Position numbers and translations under genes: made by a program
The notes under the pieces: generated by a model
Seen by the model: the letters and a program-made list of their open reading frames with translations, nothing else
Database searches by the model: none
Told to the model about the DNA's origin: nothing
Source: a virus
Taxonomy: Duplodnaviria; Caudoviricetes
Strand: one strand, 5' to 3'
DNA length: 64,000 nt
IMG/VR virus record: IMGVR_UViG_3300046531_000318
Coordinates: 1-64,000 of that record
In this document: positions 48,533 through 58,231 of the stretch, one piece after another
Numbering within the stretch: the first letter of the stretch is position 1
How the letters are laid out: each line of letters starts with the position of its first letter

Positions 48533-48829
48533 ATGAAGATCATCTGCAAACTGCCGAACGCGGCCGAAGTCATCAACGGCATCAAGTTCGCTACGCACAA
48601 GCTGGGCATGATCTCGGAAGAAATCGAGGAAGAAGTCGCTGAGCACTTCCTGAAGATTCCGGGCTATGTGCGCGTTGGCACGCCGGCGAAGGCGACCACA
48701 ACCGATTCCACCGCGAGCACCGCGGCTGCGACGGACACGGCCACGACTGCCGCTGCTCCTGCCGCGACGACTGCGGCTGACGCGAGCGCGGCGACCGCTG
48801 CCGCTGCGACGACCGAAGCCGCGAAGTAA
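48533..48829 (+). CDS. Small virion protein with Ala/Thr tail
   Basis: Directly downstream of the MCP. Confidence 0.55.
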   Translation: MKIICKLPNAAEVINGIKFATHKLGMISEEIEEEVAEHFLKIPGYVRVGTPAKATTTDSTASTAAATDTATTAAAPAATTAADASAATAAAATTEAAK

Positions 48830-48850
48830 GCGCGCTCGAGCAGCACCCCG

Positions 48851-48889
48851 AAAATCCGCCACCGGGCTGCCGGTCGGCGGATTTTTTTA
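48851..48889 (+). terminator. Intrinsic terminator
   Basis: AAAATCCGCC...GGCGGATTTT hairpin plus T-tract. Confidence 0.7.
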
Positions 48890-48932
48890 TTCGTGATCGC
48901 ACACTGGCCGCATTGCATTTGCGAGGTTTGGC

Positions 48933-49757
48933 ATGTCCACCACCATGACTTCGGCTCTGTTCCCCGATCAGGCCGCCGCCATCACCGATCTGCGCGCGTG
49001 GCTCTCTATGGGCGCCGGGCAGTACATCAATCTCTCCGCTGTGACCGACGACATGCTATGGGACAAGCTCATGGCGGCCGAGTCCGAGGCGGAGCGCTCG
49101 CTGCGCGTGTTCTTCAGTGCCACCGAGGTTGTTCCGGACGACGCGCCGGACGCAGAGATAGCCGCGCTCGAGGCGGCCAAAACCCGCTACATCACGGTCT
49201 CCAATTTCGACTACGACCCGGATCTGTTCCTTAACGACGCGTGGGGCTATATCCAGCTGGCGCACAAGCCGATTCAGGCGATCCGCTCGGTAGTCATCGC
49301 CTTCCCGACACCGTTCCTCCAAAACTATCAGGTGCCGGCCGACTGGCTGCGTCTCGACCGGAAATACGGCCAGCTTCAGTTCGTGCCGACGTCGACGGCG
49401 GCCGTCACGCCGGTCGGCGCGTACGCGGTCGCGATGTGGGGCGGATCGATCTATCCGCAGGCGGTTCAGATCCGCTACCTGTGCGGGCTGAAAAACGCGA
49501 GCGGGCAGGTGGTGACCAGTTTCGCGCCGCACTGGAACGACCTTGTCGACGTGGTTAAGCGCATGGCGATCGGCAAGCTGCTGAAAACAGCCTTTCTGCC
49601 GACGTCCGGCTCCATCTCGGCGGACGGCCTGTCGCAGTCCAACAGCTTCGATATGGCCGCGTGGCAGGACAGCATCAACGAGTCGCTGTTTGGGCCCAAG
49701 GGGTCGAACGGCGGCCTCTACGCGTCGATTCACGGCATCACGTCGATGGTGGGCTGA
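48933..49757 (+). CDS. Head-tail adaptor (neck)
   Basis: Position; S.S.DGLSQS motif. Confidence 0.65.
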   Translation: MSTTMTSALFPDQAAAITDLRAWLSMGAGQYINLSAVTDDMLWDKLMAAESEAERSLRVFFSATEVVPDDAPDAEIAALEAAKTRYITVSNFDYDPDLFLNDAWGYIQLAHKPIQAIRSVVIAFPTPFLQNYQVPADWLRLDRKYGQLQFVPTSTAAVTPVGAYAVAMWGGSIYPQAVQIRYLCGLKNASGQVVTSFAPHWNDLVDVVKRMAIGKLLKTAFLPTSGSISADGLSQSNSFDMAAWQDSINESLFGPKGSNGGLYASIHGITSMVG

Positions 49758-49758
49758 C

Positions 49759-50406
49759 ATGCAATTCAGTCCAGACGCGTTTAACCGGCTGCTCGGCGCG
49801 AGCGGCGTGATCGGTCAGCAGTACATGTGGTATCGCGCGGACGCGTGTCCGTGCATCGACCGCCACTCTGGCGCCGCGAACCCGGCGTGTCCGCTTTGCT
49901 TTGGCAAGGGGCGGCAGTATGCGGCCGGCGTGCAGGGCGTTGCCGCGATGGCGGGCGCGAAAACGCAGCGCGAGTGGGCGCAGTTCGGCATCTACGAGCA
50001 GGGCGACGTCGTGGTGACGATCCCCGAAGAGTCGGCGATCTATGACATTGGCCAGTATGACCGCGTGACCGCGCTCAACAGCACCGTGCGGTTTTCGGAG
50101 GTGCTGCGCCGCGGCTTGCCGAAGGAGCGCCTGCTGTTCGCGCCAGAAACGGTCACACGGCTTTTCTGGCTTTCGTCCGATGGCACGACTGTCGTGGAGG
50201 GCACGGTGCCCACTGTGGGCACTGACGGGGTTCCTGTGTGGTCTGCGGGAGGGGCTCCGCCGGCAGGGGTCGCGTACACGATCACGGGAACCAAACTCAT
50301 CGAATACATGTGCTTCGGTAACTTCCCGTCAAACCGGAACATGAATCAGGGGGCGCGGCTGCCGCGCAAGGTGGTATTGCGCGACTCCGATCTGTTCCAG
50401 CGCTAG
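49759..50406 (+). CDS. Head closure/neck protein
   Basis: ACPC...CPLCFGKG; GD.....P....IG.YDR. Confidence 0.6.
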   Translation: MQFSPDAFNRLLGASGVIGQQYMWYRADACPCIDRHSGAANPACPLCFGKGRQYAAGVQGVAAMAGAKTQREWAQFGIYEQGDVVVTIPEESAIYDIGQYDRVTALNSTVRFSEVLRRGLPKERLLFAPETVTRLFWLSSDGTTVVEGTVPTVGTDGVPVWSAGGAPPAGVAYTITGTKLIEYMCFGNFPSNRNMNQGARLPRKVVLRDSDLFQR

Positions 50407-51260
50407 GACGAAATACCCTCGCGGCGCATCGCTTCTGCGATCGCCGCTTCTGCCACGGGCTGCAAGTGCTCGGCGACGTCCTTTGCGAGGTAAAGACCGG
50501 GCTGCGCCGGAATTACCCAGCCCTTGGACTTCTCCGACATGACCCGGAATGTCAGGTAGGAACTTCCGCCAGTGGATTCCTTCATCCGGACCATGCCCGC
50601 GTACCGGCGCTGGTTCTCCTTCGACTCGCCGGACTGCGCGAGCATCTTTCCGGTTAGGCGCTCGCCCCACTTGTAATTGTTCTGCGCCACCAGGTACGTT
50701 TTCTTGGTGCCCACGTTCGACAGGTAGGGCGTCTGGATCGGTGATGGCGTCATGCCGCTGCCAGGCGAGAGCAGTGTCACCTCGCCGGCCGCGCGATCGC
50801 CTGTGCCAGTTACCGCGCTCGGCTTCATCTGGCTCGCGAGCGCGTAGACGCTCGGCGGCATTGCCGGAGCATGCGCTGCGTTGCCTGGCGAATTGTGTCG
50901 CATGGGGATGACAAGGAATCTAGTGCCGTCTTTTGTTCGGCGCACTTTGGTGCTCGTATTCAGCATCAACTTGAGATCGCGCGGCGGCCGTCCGCTCTCA
51001 ATCTCCGAGGCGTACTTGTAGCTGGCGATCACATCGGCGCGCAGGCCATCAGCCCAATAGTCGATGCGGATCGACTGGATGTACTTCTGCTTTTCGACGC
51101 TCCACAGGGGCGCTACGTTGATCGCGTCGATCCAGTTATGCGCCGCCTCCTGTGCGATCGCGCGCACCGCCTGGGCGAGCAGCGGATACACCTGCTGATT
51201 GAACACTTTCTGCACGTCTGAGACGTTGGGCAGCGTCAGTTTGATCGAGTAATCGGCCAT
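50403..51260 (-). CDS. Virion morphogenesis (neck-type) protein on the opposite strand
   Basis: YA..IESG..P.DLK, FLVIP.RH, YLTFRVMSEKS.GW..P; has its own reverse late motif. Confidence 0.6.
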   Translation of the reverse strand: MADYSIKLTLPNVSDVQKVFNQQVYPLLAQAVRAIAQEAAHNWIDAINVAPLWSVEKQKYIQSIRIDYWADGLRADVIASYKYASEIESGRPPRDLKLMLNTSTKVRRTKDGTRFLVIPMRHNSPGNAAHAPAMPPSVYALASQMKPSAVTGTGDRAAGEVTLLSPGSGMTPSPIQTPYLSNVGTKKTYLVAQNNYKWGERLTGKMLAQSGESKENQRRYAGMVRMKESTGGSSYLTFRVMSEKSKGWVIPAQPGLYLAKDVAEHLQPVAEAAIAEAMRREGISS

Positions 51261-51280
51261 CTGAATTTCTCCTTTGCCTA

Positions 51281-51318
51281 AGCGTGCCGTCACGAAGTCG
51301 TGACGCGAGCCTTATGGC
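51281..51318. promoter_or_regulatory. Back-to-back divergent late promoters
   Basis: GTCACGAA (51289-96, reverse) abuts GTCGTGAC (51297-304), each with N2-NANNNT. Confidence 0.7.
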
Positions 51319-52155
51319 ATGGGCATTTCAATGATCATCGCGCTCCCGATCGGGAACGCACTGCGAATTTTTATCGAGCCGCCGGCGGGTGCCGAGTTGT
51401 GGCGCGTGCTGCGCACGACTGGAACTTCGTTCGCCAGCGAAAGCGACCCGAGCGCGACTGTCGTGTTTCAGGGCGACATGCGCTCGATCGTGGACGCAGA
51501 TGGTCTTGCTAACGGCGTCGCTTACACCTACGGCGCGTTCTTCTACGACGGCACTCAGTGGATAGCAGGTGCGGTCGCCGTGGGCACACCGCTCGCCGCG
51601 TATCAGGACAACAGCACCGACGTGCTGTCGCTAGTCCGCGATCGCCTCGAGGTGGGCCTTCAGAACGAGGTCGCACGAAAGACGCTAACGCCGCAGGACG
51701 GCGCTATCGAAGTGCTCAATGCGCCGCCCGCTTTTGAGGACAGCAGCTGGCCTCTCGTCACCGTGCACGTGACCACCGACGGCAGCGGCGAGCGTGCGAT
51801 CGGTGAAGACCTCAGCCCCGATTTTTTTGACCCGTTGGGCGGCCTTTTCGACCAGGAGGACGGCTGGCTTGCACGCGTCCACCTGACCATCGTCGGCTGG
51901 TCGAAAAACCCCGACGAGCGGATCGCGATGCGCAAGGCATTGCGCCGCCTGGTGATCGGAAACCTGCCTGTGTTTGACGCGGCGGGCCTGACCCACATCG
52001 ATTTCCAGCAGACCGACGAGGACGAGATGAACGCCTACCCGGTGCCCATCTACCAGTCCTTCTGCACGTTCACCTGCCTCGCTCCGGCAGCAGTTGGAAC
52101 CGCTTACGGCGTGATTTCGGACGTGTCGATTAACCCGACTTTCTCCACTCCCTAG
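51319..52155 (+). CDS. Tail completion/terminator-like protein
   Basis: Position before the sheath gene. Confidence 0.55.
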   Translation: MGISMIIALPIGNALRIFIEPPAGAELWRVLRTTGTSFASESDPSATVVFQGDMRSIVDADGLANGVAYTYGAFFYDGTQWIAGAVAVGTPLAAYQDNSTDVLSLVRDRLEVGLQNEVARKTLTPQDGAIEVLNAPPAFEDSSWPLVTVHVTTDGSGERAIGEDLSPDFFDPLGGLFDQEDGWLARVHLTIVGWSKNPDERIAMRKALRRLVIGNLPVFDAAGLTHIDFQQTDEDEMNAYPVPIYQSFCTFTCLAPAAVGTAYGVISDVSINPTFSTP

Positions 52156-52197
52156 TCCCGGCGTAACAGCCCTTTAACCCTTGCATAAGGACTTGTG

Positions 52198-52473
52198 ATG
52201 ACCACTGAAACGACGGCGTCGAGCGACGCGGCGGCAACCGAGACGACTGCCGCCGCAACGGTCACCGACACCACTTCGACTACCGCCGCGCCCGCGGCTG
52301 CCGGCTCGCGCGAGGTCACGTTGCGCCAGTTCGCTCGCGAACTGTCCCTGCGCGACAAACGCGTCGCGCTGCTGCACGGCTTCGTGTTCGAGGAAGAGCT
52401 CGCGCGGCGATTCAAGGACACCGAAGCGAGCTATCAGGCCCGCTACGTCGAGTTCGCCAACAAACCCATTTAA
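52198..52473 (+). CDS. Small tail-region protein
   Basis: ORF before the sheath gene. Confidence 0.55.
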   Translation: MTTETTASSDAAATETTAAATVTDTTSTTAAPAAAGSREVTLRQFARELSLRDKRVALLHGFVFEEELARRFKDTEASYQARYVEFANKPI

Positions 52474-52486
52474 GGACTGACTCTCC

Positions 52487-54214
52487 ATGTCTTACTACTT
52501 CAACGGGGTCGTATACGAAACGCCGACCACCGTGTCGGCGATCAACGACGACGCGATGGTTCCGGCGGGCGTGTCGACGCAGAACGTCCCGTGCCTGGTC
52601 GGTCTGTCGGCCGGCGGGCAGCCCAACGTAGCGCTGACGTTCACCGATCCCAAGGTGGCGAAGAGCACGCTCGTCTCCGGCGAATTGCTGCAGGCAGTGC
52701 TACGCGCATTCTCCCCGAGCGACGAGACGGGCGGACCGGCGAAGGTTGTCGCCATGCGCGTCAACCCGGCCTTGCAAGCGTCGCTAGTCCTCAACGACGC
52801 GCAGTCGGATCCGGTGATCAACCTCGTCTCCAACGACTACGGTCTGCTGACGAACAAGATCAAGGTTTCGATCGATGCGGGATCGACGCAAGGGCTGAAA
52901 GTCAGCGTTGCGCAGGGTTCGGCCACCGCGTACACGAAGGACAACCTGTACGCGTCGCCTTTCTCCCTGCAGTACACCGGGCAGGCCGCTTCCGCGACGA
53001 TCGGCATCACGAACAGCACGGTCATTCTCTCGGCGCCGTCGGGTTCGCCCGTCGCGACCATCGACCTGAACACGTTCGCGACGATTCAGGAACTCGTGGA
53101 CAGCATCAACATGGTCCCGGGCTTTGCAGCGATCGAAACGAGCGGTTTCGAAGAGGCACCGTCGCTGAACGGCCTTGACGCCGTCACGGCACAGGACGTG
53201 AAAACGTCCGAGTACAACGTGCTCGCCAACCTTCAGGCTGTCATCGACTGGTTCAACGGTTCGGCGCAGCCGCTCGTGTCCGCCACGCGTGTTGCCAACG
53301 CCGGCACCCCTCCCGCACCGATCGCCTACACATTCCTGACCGGCGGCTTGGATGGCGTTACCACGACCTCGTCCTGGAGCGACACGTTCGACGCGCTGCA
53401 AACGGTCGACGTCCAGTGGATCACGCCTGTTACCTCGAATCCGACGGTGCATGCGATGGTCGACGCACACGTGCAGTACATGAGCACGACGGGTCGCAAG
53501 GAGCGCCGAGCGGTGTGCGGCACGCCTCTGTCGACGTCGGACGATGTCGCGCTCACGCTGGCGAAGCAGATCAACTCTGACCGCACGTCGCTGGTTCACC
53601 TGGGCCACTACGCGTACGACCTCACCGGCGCGCTGTCGGGCTTGCAGCTGTACCCGCCGTATCAGTCTGCCGCAGCCATCACTGGCGCGTTTGCTGCCGT
53701 GGCCCCGGGCGAGCCGCTCACGAACAAGACGCTGAAGTTCGCAGGCCTCGAGCGAGATCTGCTGGTGCCGGCGAACACGGACCCGCTCATCCTGGGTGGC
53801 GTGCTGTGTCTCGAGAACACGGACGAAGGCTACAAGGTCGTGAAGTCGATCTCGACGTGGCTCGCCGATAAAAAGTACGACAAGGTCGAGCAGTCGGTCG
53901 GCTTCGCGTGCGACTTCATCGCGCGCACCGTGCGTACGAACCTCGACGTCCTGCGCGGCGGCAAGAACAGCCCGCTCCGTCTCGGTCGCGCCGTGCAGAT
54001 CACCGAGACGACGCTTCGCGCGCTGGCGGTTGCCGAGCCGAACGGCCCGGGCGTGATCGTCGGCGACGCGGACAGCCCCGCCTATACGGGCATCACCGCG
54101 ACGATGGTCGGCGACGCAATCGCAGTGTCGTTCCAGTGCTCGCCCGTTCTGCCGACGAACTACGTCGGCATCACCATCTACGTCGTTCCGTTCAGCGGCA
54201 CGGCGTCGGCTTAA
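52487..54214 (+). CDS. Tail sheath protein
   Basis: GG.P, SGELL, LTGG.DG, H...MS...KER, size and position. Confidence 0.9.
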   Translation: MSYYFNGVVYETPTTVSAINDDAMVPAGVSTQNVPCLVGLSAGGQPNVALTFTDPKVAKSTLVSGELLQAVLRAFSPSDETGGPAKVVAMRVNPALQASLVLNDAQSDPVINLVSNDYGLLTNKIKVSIDAGSTQGLKVSVAQGSATAYTKDNLYASPFSLQYTGQAASATIGITNSTVILSAPSGSPVATIDLNTFATIQELVDSINMVPGFAAIETSGFEEAPSLNGLDAVTAQDVKTSEYNVLANLQAVIDWFNGSAQPLVSATRVANAGTPPAPIAYTFLTGGLDGVTTTSSWSDTFDALQTVDVQWITPVTSNPTVHAMVDAHVQYMSTTGRKERRAVCGTPLSTSDDVALTLAKQINSDRTSLVHLGHYAYDLTGALSGLQLYPPYQSAAAITGAFAAVAPGEPLTNKTLKFAGLERDLLVPANTDPLILGGVLCLENTDEGYKVVKSISTWLADKKYDKVEQSVGFACDFIARTVRTNLDVLRGGKNSPLRLGRAVQITETTLRALAVAEPNGPGVIVGDADSPAYTGITATMVGDAIAVSFQCSPVLPTNYVGITIYVVPFSGTASA

Positions 54215-54225
54215 GGAGTTAGAAC

Positions 54226-54672
54226 ATGGCTGGTACGACTACCGCTCAAACGTCGGTAAATCTGAAAACCCGCTCGGGTAACCGCTGTGTCGCCATGTTC
54301 GGTGGCGTGCAGATCGGTCTGCTCCAGTCGGTTTCGATGAACGACTCGTACGATCCGGAGCCGGCAAGCGGCATTGGCGATATTCACGTTCAGGAGTACG
54401 TGCCCACGATGGCGCGGCACTCCATCAGCGTGGAAGCAATGGTGCTCGATAAGGGAGCGATGATCTCCGCCGGCGTCGCGATGGAGAACGGCGACGCAGT
54501 CCTGCAGGGAGTCGTGTTCGACATCGAAACCTACGACAAGGACACCGGCACGCTGCTGCGCAAGTATGTCGGCTGCTCGTACGCATCGGGCAGCGTAACG
54601 ATCAACAAGCACACGATCGTGATGCAGCAGGCTCAGTTCATGGCGCTCGACGTTAGCGGCGCCACGATGTAA
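54226..54672 (+). CDS. Tail tube protein
   Basis: IG..QS.....Y......IGD..VQE.VP; follows the sheath. Confidence 0.85.
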   Translation: MAGTTTAQTSVNLKTRSGNRCVAMFGGVQIGLLQSVSMNDSYDPEPASGIGDIHVQEYVPTMARHSISVEAMVLDKGAMISAGVAMENGDAVLQGVVFDIETYDKDTGTLLRKYVGCSYASGSVTINKHTIVMQQAQFMALDVSGATM

Positions 54673-54724
54673 TGCATCGCCGGCCGCCAGCACGGGGCCG
54701 GCGTTCTTTTAGGGATTAGGGAAT

Positions 54725-55135
54725 ATGCCACGCGAAGCAAAAGAATCCGATTTCCACGTCGACGTCGACGGCATCGGGCAGTTTATGTTTGCCCGCCGAA
54801 CGATGAAAGACCAGTACATGATCCGTGGCGAATACGCCCGGCTCACCGGCGGCCACTACGACGACGAAGGCAGAATGGCGGATATGTCCGCGCTCGGCTA
54901 TGCCACCTTGACCGTCCTGCTGGTGGAAGGCCCGAAGTCGTTTGACGTCGCCGCGCTCGACCCGCTTCTGGATGATGACTTCGACAAGAAGATCCTGAAG
55001 ATCTATTCTGCGCTCCGCGCTAAGGAGTTGTCTTTTCGACCAGGACCGGCGACGGCGGGCGAAGGAGCGGGGGCGGGCAATGGCGAACACGTTCGCCCTG
55101 TGGTTCCGCCAGAAGTACAACCTCCCACCGTCTGA
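54725..55135 (+). CDS. Tail assembly chaperone (G)
   Basis: Between tube and tape measure; TCT TTT CGA at 55031-55039. Confidence 0.75.
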   Translation: MPREAKESDFHVDVDGIGQFMFARRTMKDQYMIRGEYARLTGGHYDDEGRMADMSALGYATLTVLLVEGPKSFDVAALDPLLDDDFDKKILKIYSALRAKELSFRPGPATAGEGAGAGNGEHVRPVVPPEVQPPTV

Positions 55136-55385
55136 TCCTCGGTTCCTCGCGCTCACGCCCGAGGACATTGAGGCTGAGTATTGGGCGGCCCACTATCAGT
55201 CGAACAAGGTCACGGAAGAATTCGAGGACAACGAATTCGACCAGGACGCCGAAATTCGACGTATTGAAGAAGCCGCCGAGGCGCGCGAGCGCGCTGCCGC
55301 TGAAGCCGCGGCGAACGCGCCCAAGCCCGAGCCGCTTCCCGATCCGGCGACCGTGAAGGATTGGGAGGAAGTGCCCGACCTCTGA
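55035..55385 (+). CDS. Chaperone T segment (probably reached by +1 frameshift)
   Basis: +1 frame is open from the slippery site to WFRQKYNLPPSDPRFL. Confidence 0.6.
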   Translation, partial: FDQDRRRRAKERGRAMANTFALWFRQKYNLPPSDPRFLALTPEDIEAEYWAAHYQSNKVTEEFEDNEFDQDAEIRRIEEAAEARERAAAEAAANAPKPEPLPDPATVKDWEEVPDL

Positions 55386-55437
55386 TCGTGTCGTGACGTC
55401 ACCCTGCTTGAATCGTATGTAAAAGCAGGGGATCGCG

Positions 55438-58227
55438 TTGGCCGATGTCAAGATTGGAGTAGGCGGAAACGCCGACGGGGCGAAGGCCGTCATCAACGTG
55501 ATGACGGACGCGGTGAACAAGCTCGGGAAGGCCGTAGCCGACGCCAACAAGACGCCTTTTAAGGCAGTTGGCGTCGAGCAGGCTTCCAAGGATCTCGCGA
55601 AGCTGCAGAAGCAGTTTCAGGACACGATCAAAATGTCCGCGGCGCTGCGAAACGCGCTCAAGAACAGCGGACAGAATGCCCAGGCCGGCATTCTCAATAT
55701 CGACTGGTCGAAGCTCAACATTGACCCGGCGGCGGCGCAGCGCCTGCGCAACCGCGCGTTCTCCTATGCTGCGCGCGGCACCGCATGGGATCAGACCAAC
55801 GTCCCGCAGCCGCCTGTGCCCGCCGGTAGTGGCGGCGGCAGTGGTAGTGGCGGTAATGGCGGCGGTCGACGCTCATCCAGCGATGCCGACGATACCCCCC
55901 GGCGCCGCGGCAGCGGCGCGGCCTCACAGTTCGCTCGCGCTGCTTTCCGTGGTGTCGGTGGCCCTGTCGGTCAGGTGGGCACAGGGGCGCTTGACGGTGC
56001 CGAGGCTGGCGCAGCGGAGGGTGGTGCCGCCGGCGGTGCTGCGGGGCTCTTGAAGGGTGGCCTCGCTGCTGTTGGCGTCGTTGCTGCGATGAAGCTCGGC
56101 CAGATGGGTGCCGAGGGATACAGCATGGCGAAGGACCGCGATCTATCGCTCGACACGCTCAAGCGGCAGCTGGGCGACCTCGGCATCAGCTTTGAAGAGT
56201 TGCGCCGCATGAGTGATGCGGCCTCGGACGGGCTGGGCGTCAACGCGGCCGAATTCGTGAAGCTCGAGCAGCAGCAGTCGACGGCCAGCAGCGGCCTAGA
56301 TCGCAACGAGTTAAGCCTGGCCGATAGCACGCGGCGCAGTGTTGGCTTCGCGCGCGCATTCGGCATGGATCCGTCGCAGACCGCTGGGATGCTTGGCGGC
56401 ATGGAGCGGCAGACGCCTATCAGTCTCGAGTCGCAAGGCAGCGGGCGGCAGCTTGTCGCGATGCTCGCCGAAGCAATCGAGCACGCGAAGGGCGCCGCGC
56501 TACCGGCAGAGGTGATGCAGGCGTTGCAGCAGATCACGGCAACCACCTCACGTCTCAGCCTGTCCCTTCCGAACATCGGCGCTGCTGGTTCGGCGTATGC
56601 GTCAATGCTGCAGGACAAGGCTCCCGGCATGACGCCGTCGGTGGCGCTCGGCCTGATTTCGCAGGCCAATTCGGCGGTATCGGGCATGGGCGCCGCCGGC
56701 GAGGCCGGGCAGAACTTCACGTACCAGGCGTTGCAGGGCGCTGGCAGCAGGTTGAACCCGATTGAAGCGATGGCGCTTTCTGCCGGCGGCCTGTTCGGCA
56801 CCCGCAACACGGTTTTCGGCGACGGCAGCGAGCTTGGGAAGTACATGCACGAAAACGGCATGGACGATGAGCTGCTCCGTCTGCGCCGCGGCGGCGATGG
56901 CGACACGACCAACTTCCGCGCCATCAAGACGAAGCTGAACCACGATTTCACCGATCCGCTCTGGCGCGTCAACGCGGCGCAGCGCTACTTCGGCGTTCAA
57001 TCGCCGCAGCAGGCGGCGGCTCTCCTGCGGATGGACGACAAGGATTACGGCGGACTGAATGACGCGCTCGGCGCGGCAAACGTCAGCCTGAAGGACGTCA
57101 ATGCGAGCGGCCTGCGCACGCTGGCCTCCATCGGCCGCGCGAAAACGCCCGATGAACTGAACAAGGTCTACGCCGATATCCGGGGCCGAACGGGCGACGG
57201 GGCGCTGTCGAAGGGCGAACGGCAAAGCCTCGACGCGTTGCAGGCATCGGGAAAGACCGACGACTTCAAGAATGCGCTTGTCCGGATCATGGCGGGCAAG
57301 GATCAGCAGGAAACGCTCGGCTCGGACATGCGCAAGAGCGCGGCGACGCTCGAAAACATACAGATCGCGCTGGGCGACAAGCTGGTCCCGGCTGTCAACG
57401 CCATTCGTGACGCGCTGCTCTTTTCGGTTGGCAAGTCGTCGGGCATGCCCATGCCCGCGTCGCTTGAGGATGCGGTGCGCAAGTCAGTTGCGAGTGGCGA
57501 CGCAGCCTCGTCTCAGGGCGTGCTCGACGCGTTCACCGGGGATAATCCGAACAACGCCTTCGACATGGCGAAATCGTGGGTCTACAAACACGGCGCCGAA
57601 GGTGAGCATATGGCGACCGTCAGCGCGCTCGAGCAAAAGTACAGCCTGCCTTCCGGCCTGCTTAAGGGAGTATGGGGCGCAGAGTCGTCGTTTGGCATCA
57701 ACGCCGACAAGACCTCGTCTGCAGGCGCGCAGGGCAACTTCCAGGCGATGCCCGACACGCAGAAGAAGTACGGCATTCGCATCGGCGATTTCAACTCCGA
57801 AGCGGACGGTGCTGCCCGGCAGTTGAGCAATCTCCTGGCGAAACACGGCGGCGATGTCCACGGCGCACTTTTCGATTACAACGGCGTCGTCAAGAATGTA
57901 TCCGCAGGCGAGGCATACGTGAGCACCGTTCGCAAGCTGGGCGGCATGGATGCGGACAAGCTACCTAAGCCGGACGATATGTCGGGATTCGGCGAGATTG
58001 ACCAGTTGCCGCCCGAGCACACGAAGGGTGCCAGCACCGGAACCGGCAAGGGCTCGCGCTCGAGCGCAGGCAAGAGTTCCGGCGTCACCGACACCGTTGT
58101 TCTCGACATGAATCTGAACGTCGTGCAGGACAGCGGCTTTGGAAAAAAGGTCACCAAGACATTGTCGACGTCGGTCGCGGTTCCCCGCGGATCGGGCACA
58201 CAACAACTCGGCGTGACGGTGAACTGA
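55438..58227 (+). CDS. Tape measure protein with C-terminal lytic transglycosylase domain
   Basis: Ala/Gly-rich helical body; AESS, GAQGNFQAMP, ALFDYNG. Confidence 0.85.
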   Translation: MADVKIGVGGNADGAKAVINVMTDAVNKLGKAVADANKTPFKAVGVEQASKDLAKLQKQFQDTIKMSAALRNALKNSGQNAQAGILNIDWSKLNIDPAAAQRLRNRAFSYAARGTAWDQTNVPQPPVPAGSGGGSGSGGNGGGRRSSSDADDTPRRRGSGAASQFARAAFRGVGGPVGQVGTGALDGAEAGAAEGGAAGGAAGLLKGGLAAVGVVAAMKLGQMGAEGYSMAKDRDLSLDTLKRQLGDLGISFEELRRMSDAASDGLGVNAAEFVKLEQQQSTASSGLDRNELSLADSTRRSVGFARAFGMDPSQTAGMLGGMERQTPISLESQGSGRQLVAMLAEAIEHAKGAALPAEVMQALQQITATTSRLSLSLPNIGAAGSAYASMLQDKAPGMTPSVALGLISQANSAVSGMGAAGEAGQNFTYQALQGAGSRLNPIEAMALSAGGLFGTRNTVFGDGSELGKYMHENGMDDELLRLRRGGDGDTTNFRAIKTKLNHDFTDPLWRVNAAQRYFGVQSPQQAAALLRMDDKDYGGLNDALGAANVSLKDVNASGLRTLASIGRAKTPDELNKVYADIRGRTGDGALSKGERQSLDALQASGKTDDFKNALVRIMAGKDQQETLGSDMRKSAATLENIQIALGDKLVPAVNAIRDALLFSVGKSSGMPMPASLEDAVRKSVASGDAASSQGVLDAFTGDNPNNAFDMAKSWVYKHGAEGEHMATVSALEQKYSLPSGLLKGVWGAESSFGINADKTSSAGAQGNFQAMPDTQKKYGIRIGDFNSEADGAARQLSNLLAKHGGDVHGALFDYNGVVKNVSAGEAYVSTVRKLGGMDADKLPKPDDMSGFGEIDQLPPEHTKGASTGTGKGSRSSAGKSSGVTDTVVLDMNLNVVQDSGFGKKVTKTLSTSVAVPRGSGTQQLGVTVN

Positions 58228-58231
58228 CGCC

